This document shows, in pieces, positions 27,800-40,609 of a stretch of DNA of 64,000 bases (within the stretch, counting starts at the first letter, position 1; every line of letters starts with the position of its first letter). A program made the position numbers and the translations under genes. The notes below the pieces were generated by a model that was not told where the DNA came from, searched no databases, and saw only the letters and a program-made list of their open reading frames with translations. The stretch spans positions 277,388,001 to 277,452,000 of the forward strand of contig OZ024743.1 of NCBI GenBank assembly GCA_964016885.1. The letters are read 5' to 3'. The stretch comes from Eledone cirrhosa (lineage: Eukaryota).

Positions 27800-28706
27800 A
27801 ATAGTTCAATTTTTTTTAAATTTTTTTTTATAGATATGTGTATTGGCTGGATATGTAGAATTTCTGGTACAATATCTTGTGATATTTCTTTGCAAATCTT
27901 TCCGATATGAGCTCGGAAGAAGCGTCCTTGGTCGTAAATCTATAAAATGATTCCAACTAGATCACAATTTATCGAAATATTACAGTCGATGTGAAACTGT
28001 TTTTTTTCCCTTTTAGATTTTTGGACCTGTAAATTGATATATGATGCGGACTGACAGGCAAAGAAACTTGCGGTAAATTACTGAGGTCGACGTATAGTTG
28101 ACAGCATGATATGATATATCATCATATCATGTGTTCTTCTCGTGTTGAAGATCAATGCTGTGTTTATCTAAATTTAGAATTAAATATACATACATTATAT
28201 AAACATATCCATACGGTTCTGTCACTCATCTTACATATAGCTTCTCAATAGACCTGGAATGACTCAGATTGAAAAGAAAAGACCAGATTATCATGCTTGA
28301 AGCGTCCTTGATTTCAAATCTATAGAATCCCACTTTTACCACCCACTAGATAACAAATTATAGAAGGATCACTGTGATAAGTCTAACCTCTAATACAGTA
28401 ATGTTAAACACGTTCTGTGTTGCCCTCTTTATTTTCTTATGTATATTTCATCAATGGAAATTGACAGATAATGCAGACTGACTGACAAAGAACCTTTCAG
28501 TATTTCCTTGCTACTCTCAGTCTCATGTTGGTAATCAATGTTGAGTTTTCATCTAAATTTAAATCTAAATATACCTATATGCAGGCATTTATAGCTATAC
28601 CCTCTTGTCTATTTACTTACATATAGTTTTTATATAGTGATGTTAAATTCGTTTTATTTCCTCTCTGTTTCTGAGTATAAGTTTTATCAATATTCAGATT
28701 ATGAAG

Positions 28707-28778
28707 TGATGTGTGGCTCAACAGTAGCGCGTCTGACTACAGATCAGAAGGCTGCGTGTTCGAATCACGTCGGTCTCA
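28707..28778 (+). pseudogene. tRNA-Trp-derived pseudogene with ACA anticodon
   Basis: Loop CTACAGA; acceptor stem broken. Confidence 0.7.
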
Positions 28779-28960
28779 TATGTTGTCCTATTTTCTTTCT
28801 TTTTACAGATTTGTGGATTGGCTCAATACGTAGAACTTCTGGTACAGTATGTTTTGGTATATCTTTGCAAATCTCTCCGATCTGAGCTCAAATTTCATTA
28901 TGGTTAACTTTGATCGTCCTGTTGTCTTTTTATCAATACTCAGTCGTTGCAGTTGCGTCT

Positions 28961-29032
28961 GGCCCTGTGGCGCAACGGTAGCGCGTCTGACTCCAGATCA
29001 GCCGACTGCGTGTTCGAATCACGTCGGGGATA
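28961..29032 (+). pseudogene. tRNA-Trp(CCA), probably pseudogenised
   Basis: 5' half intact; variable loop and 3' end altered. Confidence 0.7.
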
Positions 29033-29382
29033 AGAAAGTTAACTTTTTGTTTTTTTTTTCATAGATCTGTGTATTGGCTGGATACGTACAATTTCTGGCT
29101 CAATATCCTGTGGCATTTCTATGAAAATCTCTCCGATCTGAGCTCAAATTTCATTATGCTTCACATTGATCGTCCTGTTGTTGATAATATATGTACCAGA
29201 AACGTACTGAAGTTGATATATAATCTACTATATGATATGTAATCGTGTTCCCATGCTGAAAATCAATGTTATTTTGTAAATTTAGATCTTATATACATAG
29301 AATGCAATAGTGATAATGTCTCATAAAGATTTGTTATTATCTTTTTTCTGTGCATAATTTAGTAATTTTCTGTGCATATATC

Positions 29383-29452
29383 AGTCATTGCTCAACGGTA
29401 GCGTGTTTGACTCTAAATTAATAGACAACGAGTCCGAATCAAGAACGGGTCA
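29383..29452 (+). pseudogene. Diverged tRNA-Trp pseudogene (CTA subfamily)
   Basis: Paralog of the 25403 copy. Confidence 0.6.
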
Positions 29453-31388
29453 TCCTTTTTTTTAATATTTTTATTTCAGGCCACCAAATAGCATGTTACA
29501 TTGAACGTATGACAAACACCTTATATTATTTCGTTGTTAAACCCTGATCTGAGGTCATTTTTTATTTTGGTCAACTTTGACGTCCATCATTCAGGAATCG
29601 ATAAAATCACTATCAGATTGTCCCGACTGAAGTGTCTTTCATCACAAATCTATAGAATCACGCATTTAGCACCAATTATAACAGAAACATTTATTTTTTT
29701 TTAAATCAGTTTTCACGGCTGAAGGGTCCTTGATCTATTGTATTATGGTTTCAGCTCCAACTAAACCACAATCTATGAAAACTATTTTTTACTGCTTCTT
29801 TTTTTCTTGTGTATATTTGATGTCAGATTTTTGATGTCAGCACGTTTGACTCCAGATCAGGAGGTTGCGTGTTCGGATTGCGCCGGGTCAAATGTTTTTG
29901 ATTTTAGTAGATCTGTGCACATGCAATATATGTAGATCTACGGGTATTATATCTTGTACTAGTTCGTTGGAACACACTTCGATTTGATGTCAGAATTCAT
30001 TATAATTAACCATGTATAATAGACTACGGTATATGATGTTATCATGTTCCCATGATAAAAATCATTCCTGATGTAAATATGATTTTGATATACATAGAAT
30101 AAAATAGTGATAATGTCTCACCTAGAAACGTTAATCTCGTTTTGAGTATCTCTTTTTTTATCTGTATATAATTTAATATTTTTCGGTACATATACAGGTT
30201 TCGTTCCGCAAAGGTACACTGTTGAACTCTAGATTAACTCTACATTAAATGACGGCGCGTCCGAATAACCAGCGTCTTATCCTTTTGTTTTTTTTTATAT
30301 ATTTATTTCATGAAAATATTTTAGGTCTCCGAATTGGCAGGATAAGTAGAATATCTGACCAAATAACTTATGATTTGTCTTTGCGAATATCAATAAACTG
30401 AGCTCAAATTTCATTTTGGTCAACTTAAAATCGCTATCAGTAAAATACTGAGGTAGCTGTATAATTTACTTCATGATATGTTATGTAATTGTCTTCCCAT
30501 GATGAAAATCAGTCTTGGTGTATATTTAGATTTAGATGTTGATATATAAAACATTCAATAACGGTAATAATTTTAAAAGAAGCTTAAATATCGTTTTGGA
30601 TTACCTAGTTTTCAAACTGCGGATAATTTAGAAATTTTCTGTGCCCGGCAGACTTACTCTGTCTTGTGGTGAATCGGTACTTCGTTTCGCATCTAAGTCA
30701 TATATTTTCATGAGGAGGTCGATGTATGATATATAATGCCAATCCCGTGTTGGAAATCATTGTTGAGTTTTATCTAAATTTAGATCTAAACATATATATA
30801 TATACAGGTATTTATATCTATATGAACATGTCTATCTACTTACATATAGCTTCTTCTTCGTCTTGGAATCACTCCTACAGAAAAGAAAAGGTTTTCACTG
30901 TTGAAGGATCCTCCATCTCAAGTCATTTGTATCATGGTTCTATCTCCAACTAAACCACAATCTATGAAAACTTGCAGTGATAATGTTAAAGTCTAATATA
31001 GTTAAACGACAAACTCGTTCTATTTTCGCTGTTTATTTTTTCTTGTGTATATTGCATCAATAATCAATAATCTATGGATTGACTGAATACTTAGAACTTT
31101 TGACACAATATATTGTGGTATATCTTTGAAAATTTCTCCGATCTGAGCTCAAATTTCATTATGGTTCACTTTTATCGTCCTGTTGTTGATAATATATGTA
31201 CCAGAAACGTACTGAGGTTGATGTATAATTGACTATATGCTATGTAATCGTGTTTCCATGCTGAAAATCAATGTTATTTTGTAAATTTCGATCTTCACAT
31301 ACATAGAATGCAATAGTGATATTGTCTCATAAAGATACATTGTTACTATCGTATTCTATGTATATGAATGCAATAGTTTGCATATACG

Positions 31389-31460
31389 GGTTTCATGGCA
31401 CAGTTGTAGCGTGTTAGACCCTAGATTAATAGTCAGCGTGTTGGAATCAACAACGGATCA
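31389..31460 (+). pseudogene. Diverged tRNA-Trp pseudogene (CTA subfamily)
   Basis: Loop CCCTAGA. Confidence 0.6.
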
Positions 31461-31853
31461 TCCTTTGTTTTATATTTTTATTTCAGGCCCCCAAATTGAC
31501 ATGATACGTTGAGCGTCTGGTAAAATATCTAATGTTATTTCGTTGTGAAGCCCTGACCGTAACTCAAATTTCACTTTGATTAACTTTGCCGTTCATCTTT
31601 CTGGAGTAGTCAAAATCCTTGCTAGTACTGAGGTCGATGTATAATTGGCAGCATGATATACTATGCTGTTTCGTTCCAGTGTTGGAAATCAATGATTGGT
31701 CCTTACCTAAATTTAGATCTAAATGTACATACACGTAGCGCGCCTGGGATCTAGCCTGTTTTTTTTTCTTTCCTTTTAGACGTTTATGTCTATGACTGGC
31801 CGATTACACAGACTGGTTGGCAAAGAACCTTTCTGTATTTCCTTGATTCTCTC

Positions 31854-31925
31854 GGTCTAGTGGCGCAAAGGTAGCGCGTCTGACTTTAGATAAAATGGCT
31901 GTAGATTCGAATCATGTCGGGGTCA
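31854..31925 (+). pseudogene. tRNA-Trp-derived pseudogene with TTA anticodon
   Basis: Loop CTTTAGA; anticodon and T stems broken. Confidence 0.7.
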
Positions 31926-32381
31926 AAGGATATACTTTATTTTTGTAGATCTGTCAGTCGTGAAGATACGTAGAACTTTTGGCAAAACATATTGTGGTAT
32001 TTCGCTGCAACACTTTCCGATCTGAGCGCAAGATTCATTGTGGTTAACCTAAACATTGATCGTCCTGTGGTCGATAAAATATGTACCAGTGCCGCACTGA
32101 GGTCGATGTATAAATGACTATATGATATGATTTGTAATCGTGTTCATATGCTAAAAATCTGTAAATTAGAGTAAATAACATATAGTCAATTATACATCGA
32201 CATCAGTATATTCCTGGTACATGTTATATCAACAAAAGAATGATCAACGTCTACGTTAACCAAAATGAAATTTGGGCTCGGGTGTGAGATAGTTTCAAAA
32301 AAAAAATACTACAATATATTGCGTCAGACGTTCTATGGATCTAGAATTTAAAAAGAAAAAAAAAAAAAAAAGTACTGATTT

Positions 32382-32457
32382 TGACCGCGGCGTCACTCGA
32401 ACACGCAGCCCTTTTATTTATCTGGAGTCAGACGCGCTAGAATTGCGCCACAGGGAC
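32382..32457 (-). pseudogene. tRNA-Trp pseudogene in an inverted segment
   Basis: Reverse-complement copy with an insertion. Confidence 0.75.
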
Positions 32458-32514
32458 AGTTGTACCGTTTGTCTTAGGAACTGAATATTGGTAAAAGTTA
32501 CACAGGATATACAC

Positions 32515-32711
<197 letters not shown>

Positions 32712-32918
32712 ATATTTGGGGAGGGTCATATTTGCGTAATATTGCCAGAATTAATAACAGAACACACTCACTGTTTGGTTGGTTTTCGCTTCTCGCTGTC
32801 TTTTATATATATATATCTGCGATCTAACTTATATATATATAACGAAAGAAATGTGGTAAAGAACCAGGTGGACCATAACGCACCAAAGTACTCAATACTT
32901 AGGGTAGTAGAGTGGGTA

Positions 32919-33029
32919 ATAGGAACGAGTAGGGCCCCGACGGCTGAGCTCAAGCCGTTTCGACGGGTAATTCTGTCCAGAATTAGCCGTCGAAATGGCT
33001 TGAGCTCAGCCGTCGGGGTCCTACTCGTT

Positions 33030-33034
<5 letters not shown>
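32919..33034. repeat. Near-perfect hairpin (~55-bp arms)
   Basis: ATAGGAACGAGTAGGGCCCCGACGGCTGAGCTCAAGCC...GGCTTGAGCTCAGCCGTCGGGGTCCTACTCGTTCCTAT. Confidence 0.9.
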
Positions 33035-33063
<29 letters not shown>

Positions 33064-33252
33064 GTAGGAGGTTAGTTTTATTGTAGCACAATAAAGGAAT
33101 GCAAATATCGGATAAGTAGCACTCTACAGTTTGTAGGACTGGAGTATAAATAATATAAGATCAAAAGATGGTTAAAATAATTCCAAGTATTTCCATATGT
33201 TGATTTACTTCACTGCTAACAAGTGTTTTTTAAACTTCATATCATGTCTCCC

Positions 33253-33323
33253 TATTTTATCTGATGAGAACGCAGATATCATCCCATGATGATATTTGTT
33301 TTTGAAATGCGCATAATAAAATA
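33253..33323 (+). ncRNA. Type I hammerhead ribozyme motif
   Basis: TATTTTAT CTGATGA [16-nt stem II arms, loop CCAT] GAAA TGCGCA TA ATAAAATA; perfect 8-bp stem I. Confidence 0.75.
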
Positions 33324-33351
33324 CTTGGAACTCTTTTAACCATCTTTTGAT

Positions 33352-33416
<65 letters not shown>

Positions 33417-33434
33417 GTATGTATGTATGTATGA

Positions 33435-33900
33435 GATGACCCCTCCGAGAGACATGACCCCTTAGCCTTTGTCAAGGCAGAATTCTAAGAGAAGGAAAAC
33501 TCTGATATAACACCTGCAACCCTGATGGTATCCAATGATGTTGACTTGTTCTTCTTTTTGGTAAATATCTTGGTTAAGAGAGTGGGACTGGCTTTGTGCA
33601 GTGCCTTTGCTCACTATAAAAGCTTCACGGCACAGGCATTGCTTTATATCTGGAGATCTCTCTGTACTTGTCGTCACATGGTACGATGGGCCCAGCACTG
33701 TGTCAATAATTGTCACAAGTGTAGTGTTTGTACCAGAGTTTTCAAGTCGCTGGCTGGACTAAAAAGTCACACCCGTCAGCGCATCGGTAGGGGTTCTCCT
33801 ACATGGATATAAAGTAGTGGCCGTACTCGAAAACGAGTTCGCAGCCACCATGTATGTATGTATGTATGTATGTATGTATGTATGTATGTATGTATGTATG
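33435..33900 (+). mobile_element. Bipartite non-autonomous RTE-derived element with (TGTA)n tail
   Basis: RTE-like 5' UTR motifs joined to a C-terminal zinc-finger remnant (HKCSVCTRVFKSLAGLKSHTRQ) and 3' end GGCCGTACTCGAAAACGAG...GCCACCA. Confidence 0.6.
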
Positions 33901-33917
33901 TATATATATTATATATG

Positions 33918-34173
33918 TATATAATATGGAAAACGAAGAATCAGTGATGCATAGGAACACAATGCATTACGTATTACAATTGTTTCTCCGGTGAACAGCT
34001 CGAGGTGCGATCTGTTTGTGGATCGAACCTGACTCTGGATTCGCAAGTTCCTCAGATAATTCTGGTGATTTCGAAGCAAATTCTCTTTCTGCTGGACTTT
34101 TGGTCGGAGAAACAATTATAATACGTAATAAATTGTGTTTCGATGCATCAATGATTCTTCGTTTTCTATATTA
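33918..34173. repeat. Inverted repeat (~70-bp arms)
   Basis: GAAAACGAAGAATCAGTGATGCAT...TTGTTTCTCCG mirrored at 34105-34173. Confidence 0.75.
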
Positions 34174-34289
34174 TCATACTCTTCTTTGAAGGACCATAGA
34201 GTGCTCAACCTGCATACCGCCTATGGACGCAACCTAGCAACCATACTACATATATATGTATATATATATAGGTATTTTCTTATTTATAT

Positions 34290-34422
34290 TATAAACAAAA
34301 CAAAATAATTATTCCATTACCCAAGGTTTCACGAAGTTAGACGATTCTAACAGAAATGTTCGTTCTTCTGTTAGAATCGTGAAATCTTGGGTAATGGAAT
34401 AATTATATTGTGCTGTTTATTA
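34290..34422. repeat. Nested hairpin / inverted repeat
   Basis: ATAATTATTCCATTACCCAAG...CTTGGGTAATGGAATAATTAT with inner CGATTCTAACAGAA/TTCTGTTAGAATCG. Confidence 0.75.
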
Positions 34423-34479
34423 TATAATTAAATAGCTCTGTACATACAGCACTCTTCTTTCCTTTAACTTATACATAAC

Positions 34480-34539
<60 letters not shown>

Positions 34540-34554
34540 GTGTGTGTCGAGTAC

Positions 34555-35196
<642 letters not shown>

Positions 35197-35279
35197 GAAC
35201 AAATGGCGTGCTCCGTTGGTGCAAATGGGTTACATATGAATAAAATTAGTCCTTCATCAGTGATCTTCCAGCCTTCATT

Positions 35280-35332
<53 letters not shown>

Positions 35333-35384
35333 AAATATATATATATATTTCGTTTCTGACTTGACAATATATGGACAACCGTCC

Positions 35385-35512
35385 AGTTGTGGAACCAACC
35401 AACCAACCGGAAATTTATAAATTCTTAAATTTATGAATTTAATTTATAATAAATTGGAGTGAAATCTACTGGTGCGTGTGTTTCTTATTGGCAACATGAC
35501 CCTCCCAAAGTA

Positions 35513-35520
<8 letters not shown>
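35385..35520 (+). repeat. Penelope pseudo-LTR fragment (upstream copy)
   Basis: Direct repeat of 37411-37560. Confidence 0.7.
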
Positions 35521-35575
<55 letters not shown>

Positions 35576-35577
<2 letters not shown>

Positions 35578-37138
35578 GATTGATACCAGTGAGCTGGGAC
35601 TTCTACTTAAGCTTACCCATAGTAATAGTTACCTAGACACTTATGACCTTAGCAACCTGTGCCCTACAAGACCAGCAAGAGGCAGACCACCTACCATTAC
35701 CTCAATGGCCAAGAAAACCCACACAGATAGATGGAACGGGTGGACCAGAGCCATACGGACACCCGAAAACCACGATGAACTGAAGAAAATGATTGCACAT
35801 GCGGTAGGGGCCAGCATAAAATTAACCCTTAAGGAAGATATGTTCAAATTTAATGGTAAAACATATGCCCAAGAGGAAGGAGCAGCCATTGGTGTTAGCA
35901 TTGCAGGCGACATAGCTAACTTATTCATGGTATGGTGAGACAGTAGACTTAAACAAAAACTTAATGAACAATTAGAAGACAGCTTAACCCTGATAATGTA
36001 CTCCCGCTACGTAGATGATATAAACATCGTAGTTAAGACACCCCCACTAAAGAACAGTCAGGAACTAGAGAAAAACACAATGGAAAGCATCCAGCAAATA
36101 GCAAACTCCATCCACCAGAGCATTAGAGTTACTATAGACTACCCAAGTAGACACCCCAACCATCGATTACCTGTACTAGACACAGAGCTCTGGTTAGATA
36201 CCATTAACAACCAAAAACAAATCCTCCATTCCCATTATGCCAAACCCATGACTTCCAAACATCTGATCCACCGAAACTCGGCCATTTCGGACCATACCAA
36301 AATCAACATACTGATTGCGGATTTGGTACGGGTGATGAGAAATGTGTCCCGCGTGTGCAACCCCGAAGAACTAGAGAGACACATACAACACTTCATCCAC
36401 CGTATGCAGTTCTCTGGCTACAATCAGAGAGATAGAATCAGAGTGTATAAAGAAGCCAGAACCAAATGGGAAAAAATTGTAAACAATGACATAAATGGGA
36501 CCTGCCCCTTGTATAGGAGCAAATTTTGGAATAGAATAGAAAGAACTAGGAACAAGGCCAATAGAATAAACTCATGGTATGATAGCAATAAATACCAGAG
36601 TGTAATGTTCATCAATACAACCCCTAGGGGCGAACTAGCCTACAAATTTAGAAGGGCCCTAAATAAACATAATCTCAATATTAAGATAGTAGAAAGACCT
36701 GGTACCTCCGTAAAAACACTTATTAGCAAGACATACCCGTTCCAAAGACCCTCATGTATAGATAAGAAATGTATAACCTGTAAAATAAGCCCCCATATTA
36801 ACTGTAAAACTAGAAATGTAGTGTATAGCATAAGATGTACTGAAGGACAATGTAGAAACAAAAATATAGTGTACATAGGTGAGACAGCTCGTAGTATAGG
36901 GGAACGAATAAATGAACACTGGCGAGACCTCCAAGATAATAAAGAATCATCTGTGCTCTACCAACATGCTAAGATAGAACACAGGGGTAGATTAGAGAGC
37001 ATAGAAATAAAAATAGAATCCACACACAGAAAAGACGCAATGTTTAGGCAAATTACAGAGGCAGTAAGCATAAAAGAATTAAAACCAAAATTAAATAGAA
37101 AATATGAGTGGAACAGCAACATCACAACTTACAATTAA
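35576..37138 (+). mobile_element. Penelope-like element ORF (RT + GIY-YIG endonuclease), 5'-truncated, one in-frame stop
   Basis: One reading frame from 35576: QEEGAAIG..IANLFMVW*D, YSRYVDD, LPVLD, CxxxxCxxC, VVYSIRC...VYIGETARSIGERINEH...R.ITEA..I....P.LN; TGA at 35936-35938. Confidence 0.93.
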
Positions 37139-37346
37139 GGACAAAATGAAAACACACACACACATAGAACAAACAACCAACCAACAATAAATAAATAAAT
37201 AAATAAACAAATAGATAAATGAACACAAACACACACAGACACCCGGATGTGGCGCATGCGCAAACTGAGAACACAACACACACACAGAAACAAAATGGCG
37301 TAGGATAGAAGAAAGGAAAGGCACAGAAACGAAGAAAGGAATCCCC

Positions 37347-37391
37347 AGTCACTGAAGAGGTCACAGAGTGTGTGACGAAAGAACTATGACT
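37347..37391 (+). ncRNA. Minimal hammerhead ribozyme in the Penelope 3' pLTR
   Basis: AGTCA CTGAAGA G GTCACA gagtg TGTGAC GAAA GAAC TA TGACT. Confidence 0.7.
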
Positions 37392-37799
37392 ATATATAAA
37401 CAACTATCTGGTTGTAGAACCAACCAACCAACCAACCAGAAATTTATAAGTTTGTAAATTTGTAAATTTATAATTTTTTATATATATAATAAATTGAAGT
37501 GAAAGCAACTGGTGCGTGTGTTTCTTATTGGAAACATGACCCTCCCAAAGTATAGCAATATATATATATATTTATATATATATGTTATTTTAATATATAT
37601 ATATATATATATTAAAATAACAGATTAAAGTTTAAGCAAAGAAGCGATTCTTTTCTTAAACTTTAATCTGTTATTTTAATAAATATTTGCTCTACGGTTC
37701 TTATATATTTGATATATATTTATCGTTATCGAGCCCTCTTTAGATTTTAGTCTTCAAATTTATTATTATTACTATATATATATATAAATATATATATAT

Positions 37800-37962
37800 A
37801 TGATGGCTGCCGCCTCGTTATCAAGTATGGCCATTGCACGATATAACATTATTAATAATTATTAATTAATTCTATCATGCTTGCCTGTGCGTGAAGATAT
37901 TTTTTTAAGTGAGGAAAGACCGTGCACTGGCGCCAATCCCACTCTCTGAGCGACAGTAGCTA
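37800..37962 (-). mobile_element. RTE-derived element 3' part, inverted copy of 34893-35053
   Basis: Reverse-complement match over ~160 bp. Confidence 0.75.
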
Positions 37963-38412
37963 TTTTATAATAATTAACTCCGTACTCGCACCACCAACTA
38001 CACAAACGAAGACGGGTGAGTTGCATTACGTTGAGTGCTCTCCATAATATTACATCGAGGTTGACCATACGGAATGACCAGTTCTATCCAGTGGTGAACC
38101 AACAAACCTAAATAAATAAATATATATATATATAGGTATTTATATTTATATCCACATGTTTATCTACTTACATATAGCTTCTTTATAGTCTTGCGATCAT
38201 TTCTACTGAAAAGAACATATTTTCACGGTTGAAGGGGCTTTGATCTCAAATCTATAGTATCACGGTTTCGTCTCCAACTAAACCAAAAATTATAGAAAAC
38301 GTGCAGTGATAATTCTACCAACCAATATAGTTAAAAGTAAAACTCGTTCTAGTGCTTTAATTGTTTTTTCTTGTGTAAATGTTATCAATATTCAGTCAAA
38401 GAAGCATCATCT

Positions 38413-38484
38413 GGCCCTGTGGCGCAACGGTGGCGCGTCTGGCTCCAGATCAGAAGGTTGCGTATTCAAATCACGTCGGGGTCA
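38413..38484 (+). tRNA. trnW-CCA: tRNA-Trp(CCA), near-intact, possibly non-functional
   Basis: G53A breaks the T-stem/B box; also A21G and A31G. Confidence 0.55.
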
Positions 38485-39263
38485 AATGTTTTGGGTTTTT
38501 GTAGATGTGTGGATTGGCAAGATACATAGAACTTCGGCCACAATATCTTGTAGTAGTTCGTTGCAACACCAGTTTGCCGTTCATGTGTCTGGAATCGATA
38601 AAATCGATATCAGTAAAATACTGAGGTTGATGTATGATTTAATTCATGCTATGTTATGTAATTGTGTTCCCATGATGAAAATCAAAGTCTTGGTGTATAT
38701 TTAGATTTAGATATTGATATATAAAGAATTCAATAATGGTAATAATTTGAAAAGAAGCTTAAATATCGTTTTGGATTACCAATTTTTCAAACTGTGTATA
38801 ATTTAGAAATGTTCTGTGCCCTAGAGAGATACCAGTCTTGTGGCGAATCGGTATTTCGATTCGCATCTAGGTCATATTTTTAAATGTTTTTTTTTTATTA
38901 TTGTTTTATCTTTTAAGATTTCCGGGTTGGTGGGATTTGTATAGCGTCTGGTCTGAGCTCAAATATCATTATTGTGGTCAACTTTGCCGTTCACGAGACG
39001 ATAAAGTTGCTTTCTATGAAGCACTGAGGTCGATATATGATATAGTATGCGATGTCGATCTCGTGTTAGAAATCTTTGTTGAGTTTTTATTTAAACTTAG
39101 ATCTAAACATGTATATATATATATATATATATATGGAAAGTTATATTTAAATTGTTGGGTTACAACGAGTAAATATTTATAACTGATATAAAAGCACTCA
39201 ACAAGTATTTGGAGTATATTTACGATATTAAATAAATGGAAATTATATTTATAAAACCATATT

Positions 39264-39329
39264 TATTTCATTATATATATTTCAGGGATATCATATTAAC
39301 AATATGTTATGCCTTCTTCAGACAAAATA
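39264..39329 (-). ncRNA. Type I hammerhead ribozyme motif
   Basis: On the - strand: TATTTTGT CTGAAGA AGGCATAACATATT gtt AATATGATATCCCT GAAA TATATA TA ATGAAATA. Confidence 0.65.
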
Positions 39330-39406
39330 CAATATAGACAGTCTTATAAATAAATAGATTCGACATACCTTTCAACATCGACTTGCATTTGAAAATTTGA
39401 TAAATA

Positions 39407-39440
<34 letters not shown>

Positions 39441-40012
39441 TATTTATATCGATATCCACATGTCTATGTACTTATATATAGCTTTTCTTTCGTCTTGAAA
39501 TCACTTCTACTGAAAAGAAAATTTATAGAAACTTGCAGTGATAATGCTAACGTCTAATATACTTAAAAGTTAAACTCTATTTTTCTGTATCACGTTTATC
39601 TTATGTATATTTCAGCAATATTCATTTAAAATAGATACCAGTTAAATATTATGGTGGACGTATAGTTGACAACATATGATATGCCGCCTTGTTCTCGTGT
39701 TGGAAATAAATGTTGAGTTTTTATCTAATTGTAGAACTGAATTTACACATATATACATATATCTTTAACGTTCTGTCTATCTTCTTACATATAGCTTCTC
39801 TATAGACCTTGAATCACTCCGAGTTGTGATGCTTGAAGCGTCAGTGATCCCAAATCTATAGAATCCTGCCTTTAACCCCCCCGTTAACAACAAATTATAG
39901 AACAATTACAGTGATAATACTAACGTCTAATATAGTAACATTAAGCTCGTTCTATTTTTCTCTATTTTTCTTATGCATATTTTATCAATATTCTGTCCCA
40001 TTTGAAGCGTCA

Positions 40013-40084
40013 GGCCCTGTGGCGCAACGGTAGCGCGTCTGACTCCAGATCAGAAGGCTGCGTGTTCAAATCACGTCGGGGTGA
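40013..40084 (+). tRNA. trnW-CCA: tRNA-Trp(CCA), near-intact
   Basis: Only the terminal acceptor pair is lost (3' CGGGGTGA); long T-run downstream. Confidence 0.7.
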
Positions 40085-40537
40085 AGTATGTTTTTTTTTT
40101 TTTAAGGTTTAAATTTTGGGGCTCGTAAATTGGCAGATAATGCAGACTCACTGGCTAAAAACCGGGTTATGTCCTTTCTACTCTTGGTCACATGTTTGAA
40201 ATCAATTTTGAGTTTTAATCCAAATTTAAATCTAAATATATCTATATGCAGGTATTTATATCCGTACCTTCTTGTTTATTTACTTACATATAGTTTCTCT
40301 ATAGTCCTGGAATCGCACCTACTGAAATTAAAAGGCCAGATTGGCACCTTTAAAGCGTCCATGATTATTAATTTATAGATTCACGACTACATCTCCAGCT
40401 AAACAACAACTATTTATAGAAAAATTGCAATGATAAATACTAACGTCTATTAAAGTAATGTTAATTTCCTTCTATTTTCTTAACTTTTTCTATCCTGTGT
40501 ATATTTTACCAATATTCAGGTCCTTAAACCCTCAACA

Positions 40538-40609
40538 GGCCCTGTGGGGCAAGGGTAGTGCGTCTTACTCTAGATCGGAATGCCTCGTGTTCGAATCATG
40601 TCGGGATGA
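40538..40609 (+). pseudogene. tRNA-Trp-derived pseudogene with CTA anticodon
   Basis: Loop CTCTAGA; several stem mismatches. Confidence 0.7.

Noticed and set aside
31854-31925. Functional ochre suppressor tRNA
   Set aside because: Anticodon and T stems do not pair.
35198-35282. Minus-strand CTGATGAAGGAC as a hammerhead
   Set aside because: Only the 5' half is present; truncated by (TA)n.
35936-35938. Programmed UGA read-through of the Penelope ORF by neighbouring tRNA-Trp or TCA copies
   Set aside because: The element is 5'-truncated, the only TCA copy lacks a T arm, and a simple G-to-A mutation explains the stop.
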